Assembly: GCA_049513715.1 (NCBI GenBank) | Contig: JBEKVV010000001.1 | Span: 96,001-160,000 of the forward strand | Source: Candidatus Bathyarchaeia archaeon | GTDB lineage: Archaea > Thermoproteota > Bathyarchaeia > 40CM-2-53-6 | Length of the DNA stretch: 64,000 nt | Direction: 5' to 3' | Part shown: positions 37,790-47,735 of the stretch, piece after piece | Position numbering within the stretch: the first letter of the stretch is position 1 | How the letters are laid out: the number at the start of each line of letters is the position of its first letter | The notes under the pieces: model-generated | Database searches by the model: none | What the model was told of the DNA's origin: nothing | The model's input: only the letters and a program-made list of their open reading frames with translations | Made by a program: the position numbers and the translations under genes

Positions 37790-38251
37790 ATGAGCGTAGC
37801 GAAGTATCTTGTTTACTTTACGGGTCTATCTACGTACGCACTGATCGTCTGGGGTGGGTACGTTACCCTTGGTGGATATGGCTTGGGATGCGGCACCTAT
37901 TGGCCAACATGCAATGGAGCAATCTTCCCAACATTAGATTGGCCAACGTTTGTGGAATACGTTCACAGATTACTTACGATACTGACAGGAATTCCGTTGC
38001 TGGCCAGCACTGTAGCAGTGTGGAGGCTCCGGCCGCGGCCTGCTGGGCCATCGAGATCCTTGGTTCTTGCAATAGTCCTGCTCATTGTCCAAAGCTTGCT
38101 CGGCGGAGATGTTGTGGTTACCGAGCTTGAACCAGTAATCACAACGGCACATCTGGCCTTTGCGACCGCTGTCTTTGCAGCCGTAGTCCTAGCTTGCGCT
38201 CTAATCTACTCGTGGGAGAGGTCGACCTCATTGGGGAAGGAAGCACAGTAG
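37790..38251 (+). CDS. ctaA: Short heme A synthase (COX15/CtaA)
   Basis: GLGC..WPTCNG, EYVHR and HLAFA. Confidence 0.85.
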   Translation: MSVAKYLVYFTGLSTYALIVWGGYVTLGGYGLGCGTYWPTCNGAIFPTLDWPTFVEYVHRLLTILTGIPLLASTVAVWRLRPRPAGPSRSLVLAIVLLIVQSLLGGDVVVTELEPVITTAHLAFATAVFAAVVLACALIYSWERSTSLGKEAQ

Positions 38252-38448
38252 AATCGCACTTTTAGACCGACATCATTGCATGGTTTGCCGATTAAGGTCA
38301 GAAATAAGCTGACTCTGTAATCAGTTACTCAATCTTCTTGGTTTGCAATTCTCATGCTCTCGGAGAGGGCTATTTTGACGTTGCCTGGGGTTCGGTTTTC
38401 CGTTCAGGTATCCTTCTCACCAAGTTTAGGTCGAATCTCGTGCTTGCT

Positions 38449-39747
38449 TCAAGTCGCGTGCGATGTTGTAATCATCGTGGTTAGTTTGGCAGCTGAGGCT
38501 AGACAAAGTGCCGAAATGATGAACGTCACATAATACCCGAAGTAAAATGAAGTGAACCCTGAGATGAATGAGCCGAGCATTGTGGCGAAGCCCACTAGCG
38601 CGCTGTAGACGCCCAATGCAGAGCCTTGGTTACCGTGCCCAAGTGTATTGAAAACCATAACGTTCGAAGCCGCATAGTAGGCGGCGTACGCCACACCTGC
38701 GGCAAGCGGATACAAGAGAAGGGCTGACCCAAGGTAGAAGATACCCGTGAGAACGTACACCGATAAACCGAACAGTCCGTAGCAAATCGCTCGCAAGATG
38801 AGCCCACCCACGGCTGCTTGTTTGAGGCTCCTTCTTTCGATGTAAGGGCCCATGTACCGGAAGGAGACGGTTTGAACAGCCATCCCCACCAGAGAGACTA
38901 GGAAGATTTGACTCTTCGAGACGCCGACCTTATACAAAGATGGAACCATAGACGTGTTGAAGATTCCACTTGCAAGGTAGAACATGAGGATTGAGAGATA
39001 CAGAACCTGAGTGTCCCTCGTCAACTCATACCTGAGGCCTTTGAAGACTCGTCGGAAGTCCATAATCCTAGGAACCTTCAGGAAAAACAGCGGCAGGACC
39101 AGAAGCCTCTCGTAGAAGCTCCTCCTGACCAGCACCATGATGCTCCGTTCAAAGGGAATGCCCACCTCCTTGATCATGACTACCGAAAGGGCAGCCGAAA
39201 GAACGCATAGATCAGCAAGTGGCAAGACGATCAAATGTAATGGAATGAAATCACCCCACGCAACGCCAAGCACCAACCCAATTGTCACACCAACACTTGA
39301 CACCATAGAAAACTCAGAGAATCCTACCGCCCAGTTGGACTTCGGCTTGGTCTCCATGATTAGCAAGTTCAGGGGAGTTGCCGCTGCGGATGAGAAAAGT
39401 GAGAAGGCCGCGTACAAAAGGTCCACGCCGTAAAGCGACCTTGTGAAGAGGAATGTTGCGAGTGTTCCAGCCACAGCCAAATAGCTTGCAACTATGATTG
39501 GTTTCCTTCTCGGGAGTTTGTCGGTTGCGAATCCCCAGATCATCGCGGCTGGGATGCTCACCGCGTTGAATAGTGTCACGGCAAGCGCGATATCAATAAC
39601 GGTCCCGTGAAGTTCTAGGATGTACAATTGGACGAATGTACTGACAGGGCCAAGTGCGACGTTGAATGGCAGAACTGAGTAGATCCAGTTGGACTGTTGT
39701 TGCTTGGCCATGGTTCCTTGCCATCCGAGAAGGCAGATGAGTGGCAC
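38449..39747 (-). CDS. MFS transporter
   Basis: About 12 transmembrane helices; WGFATDKLPRRK motif A. Confidence 0.9.
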   Translation of the reverse strand: MPLICLLGWQGTMAKQQQSNWIYSVLPFNVALGPVSTFVQLYILELHGTVIDIALAVTLFNAVSIPAAMIWGFATDKLPRRKPIIVASYLAVAGTLATFLFTRSLYGVDLLYAAFSLFSSAAATPLNLLIMETKPKSNWAVGFSEFSMVSSVGVTIGLVLGVAWGDFIPLHLIVLPLADLCVLSAALSVVMIKEVGIPFERSIMVLVRRSFYERLLVLPLFFLKVPRIMDFRRVFKGLRYELTRDTQVLYLSILMFYLASGIFNTSMVPSLYKVGVSKSQIFLVSLVGMAVQTVSFRYMGPYIERRSLKQAAVGGLILRAICYGLFGLSVYVLTGIFYLGSALLLYPLAAGVAYAAYYAASNVMVFNTLGHGNQGSALGVYSALVGFATMLGSFISGFTSFYFGYYVTFIISALCLASAAKLTTMITTSHAT

Positions 39748-39928
39748 GGCTTGGACAGGGGTCTTAAGTATCCTTCGCCGTGTTCAGGAAAATTATCTGG
39801 ACGCGCAATTTGCAGAGCGTCACATGCAATTCGAAAATCGGGTACGGAGTCGAAAATCGAATGTACTGGACGAATCATTCATGACATTTTTTTAAGCTCG
39901 GTTCCGCACTAGCTTTCGGGAGTACCAA

Positions 39929-41497
39929 ATGTCAGCTTCAACTGCACAAAACGAACGGAACAAGTCGGTGCACTTGAATAAGTCGAGATTGGCAGTTTGT
40001 TTAGTTGCCTTGACACTAATCCTTACCGCTTCTTGCCTTGTGCTCATCCCCACAGGGTTCGTCGTAGGGACGCCGACAAAGATTCAGCATCTAATCTTCA
40101 TCATTCAAGAGAACCATTCATTCGACAATTATTTCGGAACCTACCCAGGTGCGAATGGGTTCACTCCTGGACTTGCGATTCCGATCAATCCAGCCCAGGC
40201 TGGCTCGCAATACGTGGCACCCTACCACTTGAACGTCGCCCAACCCATTATGATCGTGGGAGACGAATTACCCCCGGGAGTATCCGACCCCGATCAACTC
40301 GATTCGGGCGACAGCAGTGGCGTTTCGCCCTTCCCGTTCAATAATGAATCAATTGGGGGAGACTTGAGCCACGCGTGGAAGGTGGCACACATGGCTTATG
40401 ATAACGGCAAAATGGATGGCTTCATCGCGGCGGAGAAAAGCACCCTAACCATGGGATATTATGATCGCGCCGATATCCCGTACTACTGGGGCTACGCTGA
40501 CCGCTATGTGCTGGATGACGACTTCTTCTCATCTCAGATGGGCCCAAGCTTCCCGAACCACTTGTACATCGCCTCAGGCACAAGCGGCCCTGTAACCAAC
40601 CTCAACTACCGGTGGATACTCAATGGTCACGTGGTCGACAACCCGGCTGCGGGGTTCAACTGGCAGGGCGTTTCCCTGGATTGGTCGACCCTAGCCGAAG
40701 AGATGAGCAATTCGAATGTCCCCTGGGCATGGTACGACGGAGAAGTGAAGCCGCTCAGATCCACTATCTGGGACGTCTTACCACTTTTCACGTACTTCCA
40801 GAACCACCCAGACCAGTTAAACGAGCACGTCCAGAACGCGCAACGCTTCATCGATGCTATCCAGAACGCGCAGTTGCCAGCCGTTTCATGGATAATACCT
40901 GGTAGCTGGGTGCCCCCAACCTACCCGATCGTATGCAAGCATCAAGTTGGGGGTTCCCCGAGCGAACACCCCCCTGCACGAAGCGACTGTGGAATGGACT
41001 ACGTTGCTTACCTGGTCAATCAGGTGATGCAAAGTCAGTATTGGCAGTCGTCGGCGATCATCATAACCTGGGACGATTACGGTGGCTTCTACGACCATGT
41101 TCCTCCGCCACAGATTGATGCTTTCGGTGAAGGATTCCGGGTTCCAACTTTAGTGGTCTCCCCTTGGGCGAAGCATGGCTTCATTGATCACACCCAATAT
41201 GAGTTCGCGTCATTCCTCAAACTGGCAGAGGTTAACTTCAATATACCCGGCCTAGGAACGAGAGATGTGGGCGCGAGTGACATGATGAATTCGTTTGACT
41301 TCAATCAGCCCCCCCAACCAACCTTGATCGAACCGGCAAACTTCGTAGGCCCAGCACAATCGTCCGCGACAACTACCACAGCGGCAGTCCCTGAGATGCC
41401 TTCAGGTGTGTTGTACGCGTTGGTGGTTGCCGTTGTCGCAACGGCTGTCGTAACCGCAACTGTTGTTACGCGCCTCAGAAATAAGCCAGCCCATTAG
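39929..41497 (+). CDS. Phospholipase C/phosphoesterase-family enzyme with a PEF-CTERM-like anchor
   Basis: QENHSFDNYFG, GPSFPNH, TWDDYGGFYDHV and GFRVP; C-terminal VPEMP plus transmembrane helix and basic tail. Confidence 0.92.
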   Translation: MSASTAQNERNKSVHLNKSRLAVCLVALTLILTASCLVLIPTGFVVGTPTKIQHLIFIIQENHSFDNYFGTYPGANGFTPGLAIPINPAQAGSQYVAPYHLNVAQPIMIVGDELPPGVSDPDQLDSGDSSGVSPFPFNNESIGGDLSHAWKVAHMAYDNGKMDGFIAAEKSTLTMGYYDRADIPYYWGYADRYVLDDDFFSSQMGPSFPNHLYIASGTSGPVTNLNYRWILNGHVVDNPAAGFNWQGVSLDWSTLAEEMSNSNVPWAWYDGEVKPLRSTIWDVLPLFTYFQNHPDQLNEHVQNAQRFIDAIQNAQLPAVSWIIPGSWVPPTYPIVCKHQVGGSPSEHPPARSDCGMDYVAYLVNQVMQSQYWQSSAIIITWDDYGGFYDHVPPPQIDAFGEGFRVPTLVVSPWAKHGFIDHTQYEFASFLKLAEVNFNIPGLGTRDVGASDMMNSFDFNQPPQPTLIEPANFVGPAQSSATTTTAAVPEMPSGVLYALVVAVVATAVVTATVVTRLRNKPAH

Positions 41498-41518
41498 CAA
41501 TATTGGCTAGGTGTGAGA

Positions 41519-41674
41519 TTGGTCGAATCAGTCGACATGTACTGCGAGAAGTGTAGGACGAACACTAAGCACAAGCTGGCTTGGGACAGAAAGAAACCGA
41601 TGCTTGGAAAGCGTTACCGGTTGGCTACGTGCACGCGTTGTGGCCACGAAACAAAATACTTCAAGAGATGGTAA
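41519..41674 (+). CDS. 51-aa zinc-ribbon microprotein (eL42/L44e-like)
   Basis: MVESVDMYCEKCRTNTKHKL...LATCTRCGHETKY; AGGTG before TTG. Confidence 0.7.
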   Translation: MVESVDMYCEKCRTNTKHKLAWDRKKPMLGKRYRLATCTRCGHETKYFKRW

Positions 41675-41689
41675 AGCCTTCGTGTGGCG

Positions 41690-42439
41690 TCATTTGAGGC
41701 GCCCAAATGTCCACGTTCCGATTCCAATCATCACAATCGCAAAAGCCGCGAGGACTGCGAAGTTAAATGGCATCGATAGCTGGGACGTGCCCAGTAGCAA
41801 GCCCCTGAGCCCATCCACCGCATACGTTACTGGGTCGAGGAATGTGATGATGCGCAAATAGCTTGGTAAGTTGTTGAGTGGGAAAAGGGCTCCACTGAAA
41901 AAGAACATCGGGAAAACAAGAAAACTTATGATCAGCTGGAAGCCCTCGACGCTCTCCATGTTTGAGCCTATGATCAGGCCAAGGCTCACTAGCGAGGCTG
42001 CAAGAGTGAACATGAAGATGAATGCGAGTACTACGTTCAAGATTGAATAACTAATGCCCAACACGACCCCGAGCGCCAGCATCGCACAGGCTTGAATCAA
42101 CGCATCTATGGTTCCCCCAACCATCTTCCCCGCGAAGATAGTTGTTCGCGAAAGCGGCGCAACCAAAACCTCCTTGAAGAAATCAATCTTCTTGTCCCAA
42201 ACAATGTACAGCCCAAAGAAAACCGAGGAGAACAGAATCGTCATTGCCAAGATTCCGGGGAAAATGAACACTTGATAGTTCACGCCCCCAAGGGACACGG
42301 CAGACCCTAAACCGCCGCCGAAAACAACTATCCAAAGTAACGGTGTGAACAGGGATGAGACGATGCGGGATTTCTCGCGAGTGAAAACTTTGATTTCTCG
42401 GTACCACAGGGCGTAGAATCCTTCAAGCTCACCCATCAA
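41690..42439 (-). CDS. ABC-2 type permease (DrrB-like)
   Basis: FPGILAM, FFSGALFP and PVTYAVDGLR. Confidence 0.93.
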   Translation of the reverse strand: MMGELEGFYALWYREIKVFTREKSRIVSSLFTPLLWIVVFGGGLGSAVSLGGVNYQVFIFPGILAMTILFSSVFFGLYIVWDKKIDFFKEVLVAPLSRTTIFAGKMVGGTIDALIQACAMLALGVVLGISYSILNVVLAFIFMFTLAASLVSLGLIIGSNMESVEGFQLIISFLVFPMFFFSGALFPLNNLPSYLRIITFLDPVTYAVDGLRGLLLGTSQLSMPFNFAVLAAFAIVMIGIGTWTFGRLK

Positions 42440-43416
42440 TGTCCACTCCTTACTCGTGCAATTCGCTCAAAGACTCCGCCTTCACCAGATTCTTCGCGTA
42501 TCTCTTGGCCGGTATAATACAGGAAAACATCGTTTAGTGTGGGCGTCCGAACTTCAACCGAATCAACTTCCCCGATCAAACTGAGTATTTCCTGCAAATG
42601 CGAAGCAGCATTCTGCACCGTAAGAAGCAGCCGGCTTCCGGATTGGTCGATGGAAACGACGTAGGATAGGTCCTTGATCCTATCGAGTTTCGGGTCCTTC
42701 GCTCTGAGCTTGATGATTTCTCCACCGACCTTCGCTTTCAGCGCTGAGGGTTTGTCCAGAGCCACAATCTTCCCGTGGTCAATTATGGCAACGCGGTTGC
42801 AAAGTCTATCCGCCTCATCCATATAGTGCGTGGTTATGATGACTGTGACCTTCTCGGATTTCACGAGGTTCTCTATGTACTGCCAGATGTGTTCCCGGGT
42901 TTGCGGGTCAAGGCCCAGGGTTGGTTCATCTAAATAGAGGATTCTGGGGTTGTGCAGGAGTCCGCGGGCCAGCTCCAACCGTCTGCGCATTCCACCGGAA
43001 TATTTCTTGACCTGGTCGTTGGCCCTGTCCTCAAGGTCGACCAACTTCAGAACTTTCTGCATCCTTTCGCTTCGCTGATTCCTGGGAACCCCGAACATCA
43101 AGGCGTGCAAGTAGAGATTTTCCCGACCCGTTAGCACATCGTCACTGCTCGGGTCTTGGAACACTATGCCGATAGAGTGGCGCACGTTGCCAGGTTGAGT
43201 GACAATGTCGAACCCATTAACGCGGGCACCCCCAGATGTAGGTTTCAGAAGCGTAGCCAACATCGAAAGCGTCGTTGTCTTCCCTGCGCCGTTCGGTCCA
43301 AGCAGGCCGAAGATTTCGCCTTCCTCAATCTTCAGGTTCAGGTTGTCGACAGCGAGGAGGTTGCCATAACGCTTTGTCAGATGATCTGTTTCAACTGCGC
43401 TTGTCAGGTCGGGCAA
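42436..43416 (-). CDS. ABC transporter ATP-binding protein (DrrA-like)
   Basis: GPNGAGKT, YSGGM and LDEPTLGLD. Confidence 0.95.
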   Translation of the reverse strand: MPDLTSAVETDHLTKRYGNLLAVDNLNLKIEEGEIFGLLGPNGAGKTTTLSMLATLLKPTSGGARVNGFDIVTQPGNVRHSIGIVFQDPSSDDVLTGRENLYLHALMFGVPRNQRSERMQKVLKLVDLEDRANDQVKKYSGGMRRRLELARGLLHNPRILYLDEPTLGLDPQTREHIWQYIENLVKSEKVTVIITTHYMDEADRLCNRVAIIDHGKIVALDKPSALKAKVGGEIIKLRAKDPKLDRIKDLSYVVSIDQSGSRLLLTVQNAASHLQEILSLIGEVDSVEVRTPTLNDVFLYYTGQEIREESGEGGVFERIARVRSGH

Positions 43417-43506
43417 CCTTCTTCATGCTATTAATCAAGGAGACCAGACCAAAATCCGACTTAAAATGACTGGCTTCGTTGTGGTATTCGGATGGTCGGG
43501 GTCATT

Positions 43507-44628
43507 TTAGCGAGTTTCAATTGGCCGGACTGTTCGGTCCCGTGGTCCCGAATACTCCGTTGAAGGTCGAATCAACCGGTTATTGGTCACCTGTTCGATG
43601 ACGTGTGCCGTCCAACCCGTGGTTCGACTTGATGCAAACGAAGGCGTAAACATGTCAACGGGCAATCCAATTGAGTGCATCACAACACACGAATAGAACT
43701 CAACGTTCGTGTTGGCGTGGTCAGGGTTCTTCTTGCGCAGCAGCTCCAAGCCAGTCTGTTCAACTTGCTGCGCCAGCTGGAACAGATTTTTGTCAGCGAT
43801 CTTGCTGGCCAGATCACGTAGGATGACGGCCCTTGGGTCCATTGTTCGGTAGACTCTGTGCCCGAACCCCATCAACCGTTTGCCTTGGCTTAATTGCGCA
43901 CTCATCCATTCCTCCGCGTTCTCTGGCTTACCAATCTCCTCCAACATCTCCAAAACCGGCCCTGGTGCGCCGCCGTGAAGTGGCCCCTTTAACGCTCCAA
44001 TGGCAGCCGTCACTGCGGAATATATGTCAGACCAAGTTGACGCCACGACCCTCGCAGTGAAGGTTGATGCGTTCATGCCGTGGTCCGAGAGGGTAATGAG
44101 GTAAGTGTTCATTGCGTCAGCCTTCACTTTCTCAGGCTCCTTCCCAGTCATCATGTACAGGTAATTTGCAGCATGTCCCAAGTCAGAGCGTGGGGGCACT
44201 GGCTTCTGGCCTTGTCGTAGTCGGTAAAACGACGTGACGATTGTCGGAATCTTAGCGGTCAGCGCAATGGCTTGGGGAACGTCTGGTTTCTCGAGTGGCC
44301 GTCCAACGCCGAGGGCTGAGACGACGGTTCGAAGTATGTCAAGCGGGCTCGACTCTTTGGGGAAGCTTCGCATTAGTGAAATCGTCGATTCAGGAATCGA
44401 ACGCGCATCACTGAGCTGGTTCTTCAGCTCCTCTAACTGGGAGCTGGTTGGGAGTTCCCCCTTCCAGAGTAAGTGTGCGACTTCCTCGAAGGTTGTGTGG
44501 GAGGCTAAGTCGTGAATATCATACCCTCGGAAAATCAGGCGCCCAGCATTTCCGTCAATCAAACAAATGCTGCTGGTGTCTATTACAACGCCTTCAAGGC
44601 CTTTAGCGATGGTTTTCGGATGGGACAT
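43507..44628 (-). CDS. Citrate/2-methylcitrate synthase
   Basis: DHGMNAST, GPLHGGA, MGFGHRVY and NVEFY. Confidence 0.95.
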   Translation of the reverse strand: MSHPKTIAKGLEGVVIDTSSICLIDGNAGRLIFRGYDIHDLASHTTFEEVAHLLWKGELPTSSQLEELKNQLSDARSIPESTISLMRSFPKESSPLDILRTVVSALGVGRPLEKPDVPQAIALTAKIPTIVTSFYRLRQGQKPVPPRSDLGHAANYLYMMTGKEPEKVKADAMNTYLITLSDHGMNASTFTARVVASTWSDIYSAVTAAIGALKGPLHGGAPGPVLEMLEEIGKPENAEEWMSAQLSQGKRLMGFGHRVYRTMDPRAVILRDLASKIADKNLFQLAQQVEQTGLELLRKKNPDHANTNVEFYSCVVMHSIGLPVDMFTPSFASSRTTGWTAHVIEQVTNNRLIRPSTEYSGPRDRTVRPIETR

Positions 44629-44656
44629 GGGTCAAGAGCGACCTGCTACTTCCTTA

Positions 44657-45902
44657 TTACTGAATCTCATAACTGATTGAACCTTCCCTCTGAACATTCT
44701 GACCGCGAAGTGGATGACGTAGCCGGTAATAGAGGGCCAAACCTACGGAGATGGCAGCGTAGATCGGGCTCAGAAGCCAGGGCAGGTAAGGGTTACCGGT
44801 AATTTGCCAAAATCGTTCCACCAAGCAATGGCGAAGCATCACCGCCGAGGCCTAAGAAGAGGCTGAAGACTCCCACATACATGCCCCGCTCAGCTTCAGG
44901 AGCAATCTCAGTAACTAGTACAGACGCTATTGGGAAGAACATGTTCTCCCCGATCGTCATCAGGATTACCGACACCAGCAACCATTCAAAGGTCGGGGCA
45001 ATTCCTATGCTGGTAATTCCAGTAGCCAAAATTACGACCCCCAAAATGTAGCCGGTTTGTTTTGGCAACCTGTCCAAGTACGCGGATGTTGGAAACTGTA
45101 GGGCGACGACGGTGACTCCGGAGACTGAGAAAAGTGCCCCTAGTTGAAATGCTGTCAAACCTCTAACTTGAGTCGCGAAGATTGGGAGCAGTGAATAGAA
45201 CTGCGAGTAGAACAGCATACTGAAGAGAGATGCGACACAGAGAACCAGTAGGTCCTTGTTCTTCAGCACACTGATTCTTGGTAGGGCTGGTTTCTCAAGG
45301 TCTGAACGCCTTGACTCCGGAACCAGGGTTATGAAGAGAATGAATGCAACTAGGCCAAGGACTGCGGATAGGATGAAGAGGCTATGGAAACCTTGGGTCG
45401 CGAGAAGGAAGCCGCCCACAAGTGGGGCCACAATCCAGGCCGCGTTTCCTACTATGCGGCTGACTCCGTACGCGGTATTGCGCTTGCTCTCCTCAACCTG
45501 GTCTGCGATGATTGTGGTTTGTGACGTGCGCGCGGCTGAGTCCATTAATCCGGATAGTGAGATGATCGGGAGAGCCTGGGCGAAGTTGATGATTCTTGTG
45601 AGGGCGGCCGGGACTACTGTTGCGCTCAGGTTGCCGAAGGCATAGATCTTCTTCCTACCCACCCTGTCCACAAGCCAACCCATCGCGAAGACCGAGAATG
45701 TTCCCAGCAGGCCGCTCACGAAGTATAGGAATGAGACAGCGCCGACCGAGATACCAAGTTCCTTGTTTAGGAAAACTGACAGGAATGGGCCAAGCATGGT
45801 GGAGGCTAAGCCTGTGACGGCGACGTTAGCCATCAGGAACCAGAAGTATTTGACCCTGGGAACGTTCGCAAGGAACTTCCGAGGGGTAGCTTGGGTTTCC
45901 GT
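44657..45902 (-). pseudogene. MFS transporter with a +1 frameshift near 44809-44812 (pseudogene or sequence error)
   Basis: Motif A GWLVDRVGRKK; the last transmembrane helix (WQITGNPYLPWLLSPIYAAI) is in a different frame. Confidence 0.8.
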
Positions 45903-45999
45903 TTCACTCCACCTGGTGCAACATAAGTGAATTCAGAACAGAAATGTTGTGCAATGATTCTTAAACAGGTCGCCAGCATTACACTGCGGGCAACAAACT

Positions 46000-47019
46000 A
46001 TGACCTACGAGAGCGCCGGGCGTGAATCAGGAGTCGTTCAACTGAAGGAAGGAGACCAGGTGAGAGTAAACGACGACGCCATCTTGGCACCGGACGCAGT
46101 GCGCGGAGAAATCGGAACGATAACGAAGATCAACCGCTTCCTAAGTGAAGCGCAAACCTCAGACGATCGAATCGTAGTCGACAGGTACCAACAACTCGTG
46201 AAGCATCCACGTGAGACTGAAATCCTCGGGTTCGCTCTGCAAGTCCATTTTCCAAGGATCGGGGACTCGCTCCTAGTAGCCTCGAACGAAGTAACTCTCC
46301 TCTCCAAGTTCCATGAAAGGATCAAAGGACTGGAGGATAGGCTTGTTAGCCATCTGACGAATCCCCAGCAGTTCTCCGTGCTGCGCGATGGGGGTTTGGA
46401 TGTACCATTCGTCAACCAGAACTTTGATGCGCCCTTCTTCGGAGACCTTGTAAGGTATGTTTTGAGGCCTAAGTTGGGTCGAGGTTCTACGAAGGTTCTC
46501 TCCCCTGAATCCTCAGGGCCCCCGCTTGCAGCCGTCTACGCGAGTATGGCCGGATTGAGTTTCGTTCGGGCCGTGAAGGTTACCGATAAGACGCGGCCTC
46601 AGGTCCCTGGATCATGGCGCGGGACGGTTCTGGGAGATGTGGAGGTTCCATCAGCCACCAAGAAAACCACACACTTCTTCGCCATCCCGCAAGGCGCCCT
46701 AACCAGCGATGACAACGTCATCATTTTCGACGACGTAGGCTTCACGGGCAGAACCCGCAAAGCATGCATCCAACTAATCGAAAAGGCTGGCGCAAAAGTC
46801 TCATCAATCGTCAACGTGGTCGAGAAATCGTATGGTGAACCTCGAACCTTACAGGTAGATTCAAGAGCCATCCTAGGCATCACGGGCTTCGAGCCAGAAA
46901 ATGAGAAAACCTGCAAAATCACCGTCAATGAACTCTTACTGGAAGGTTTGACTCCGCCGCGAATAATCTCCGGCGTCAAGTACGAGCCTGAAAGATCTCT
47001 GAAGACGATTCGGAGTTGA
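46000..47019 (+). CDS. Type I phosphoribosyltransferase with an extra N-terminal SH3/KOW-like domain
   Basis: PESSG and VIIFDDVGFTGRT PRPP-binding loop. Confidence 0.8.
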   Translation: MTYESAGRESGVVQLKEGDQVRVNDDAILAPDAVRGEIGTITKINRFLSEAQTSDDRIVVDRYQQLVKHPRETEILGFALQVHFPRIGDSLLVASNEVTLLSKFHERIKGLEDRLVSHLTNPQQFSVLRDGGLDVPFVNQNFDAPFFGDLVRYVLRPKLGRGSTKVLSPESSGPPLAAVYASMAGLSFVRAVKVTDKTRPQVPGSWRGTVLGDVEVPSATKKTTHFFAIPQGALTSDDNVIIFDDVGFTGRTRKACIQLIEKAGAKVSSIVNVVEKSYGEPRTLQVDSRAILGITGFEPENEKTCKITVNELLLEGLTPPRIISGVKYEPERSLKTIRS

Positions 47020-47043
47020 CCAACGGACCAAAGGAATCTACGA

Positions 47044-47709
47044 TTGCAGATAGACTTCTGTGAATTCCCCGACGATTTACTCTACGACCTCGAGGCCAAC
47101 GTATGGATAAAGGTCAACCAGAAAGGTGGAGTAACTCTCGGAATAACGAGCGTTCATGCAGCCCTCGCTGGCAGACTGAACCAAGTCAAACTCAAGGCTG
47201 TAGGAGAATCCGTGGCAAAAGGGAAGAATGTCGGCACCATCGAGAGCGTCAAATACTTCGGGGCAGTCCGGACTCCGGTGTCTGGTAGAATAACCGAAAC
47301 AAACCTTGATCTTCAGAAGCGGGCGAAACTCGCCAACGACGCGCCATATACGGCCGGATGGTTCGTAACAATTGAGCCGACCAATCTGTCAGAGGAGATT
47401 ACATCTCTAAGCAAGGTGCAAGATGTCGAAGAACGCATTCGGTCAATGATCAGAGAGGTTCGTGTTAGGTGTTTCAAAGCTTACCCGGACTATGATATGT
47501 GGGAGATAGGGGTTGAGTGCGCCGCGGTACTGGTCAGGTTGAATGATCTGATTGAGCGTTGTGCAATAGGTGATGTTATTCACGTTGTGTCCGATGACCC
47601 GACGGCAGATATCGAGGTGGAACGCTGGGCATATGATACGGGGCAGTTGGTGTTAGAATCGAGAAAAGACGGGAAGCTAATGCACTTCATCGTCCGAAGA
47701 GTGAAGTGA
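47044..47709 (+). CDS. GcvH-like lipoyl domain fused to a TusA/SirA-like domain
   Basis: IESVK lipoyl lysine and NDAPY.AGW; C-terminal GVEC...VVSDDPTA..EV..W. Confidence 0.85.
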   Translation: MQIDFCEFPDDLLYDLEANVWIKVNQKGGVTLGITSVHAALAGRLNQVKLKAVGESVAKGKNVGTIESVKYFGAVRTPVSGRITETNLDLQKRAKLANDAPYTAGWFVTIEPTNLSEEITSLSKVQDVEERIRSMIREVRVRCFKAYPDYDMWEIGVECAAVLVRLNDLIERCAIGDVIHVVSDDPTADIEVERWAYDTGQLVLESRKDGKLMHFIVRRVK

Positions 47710-47735
47710 AACGTGCGGGAATCTGGGTCTTGATT

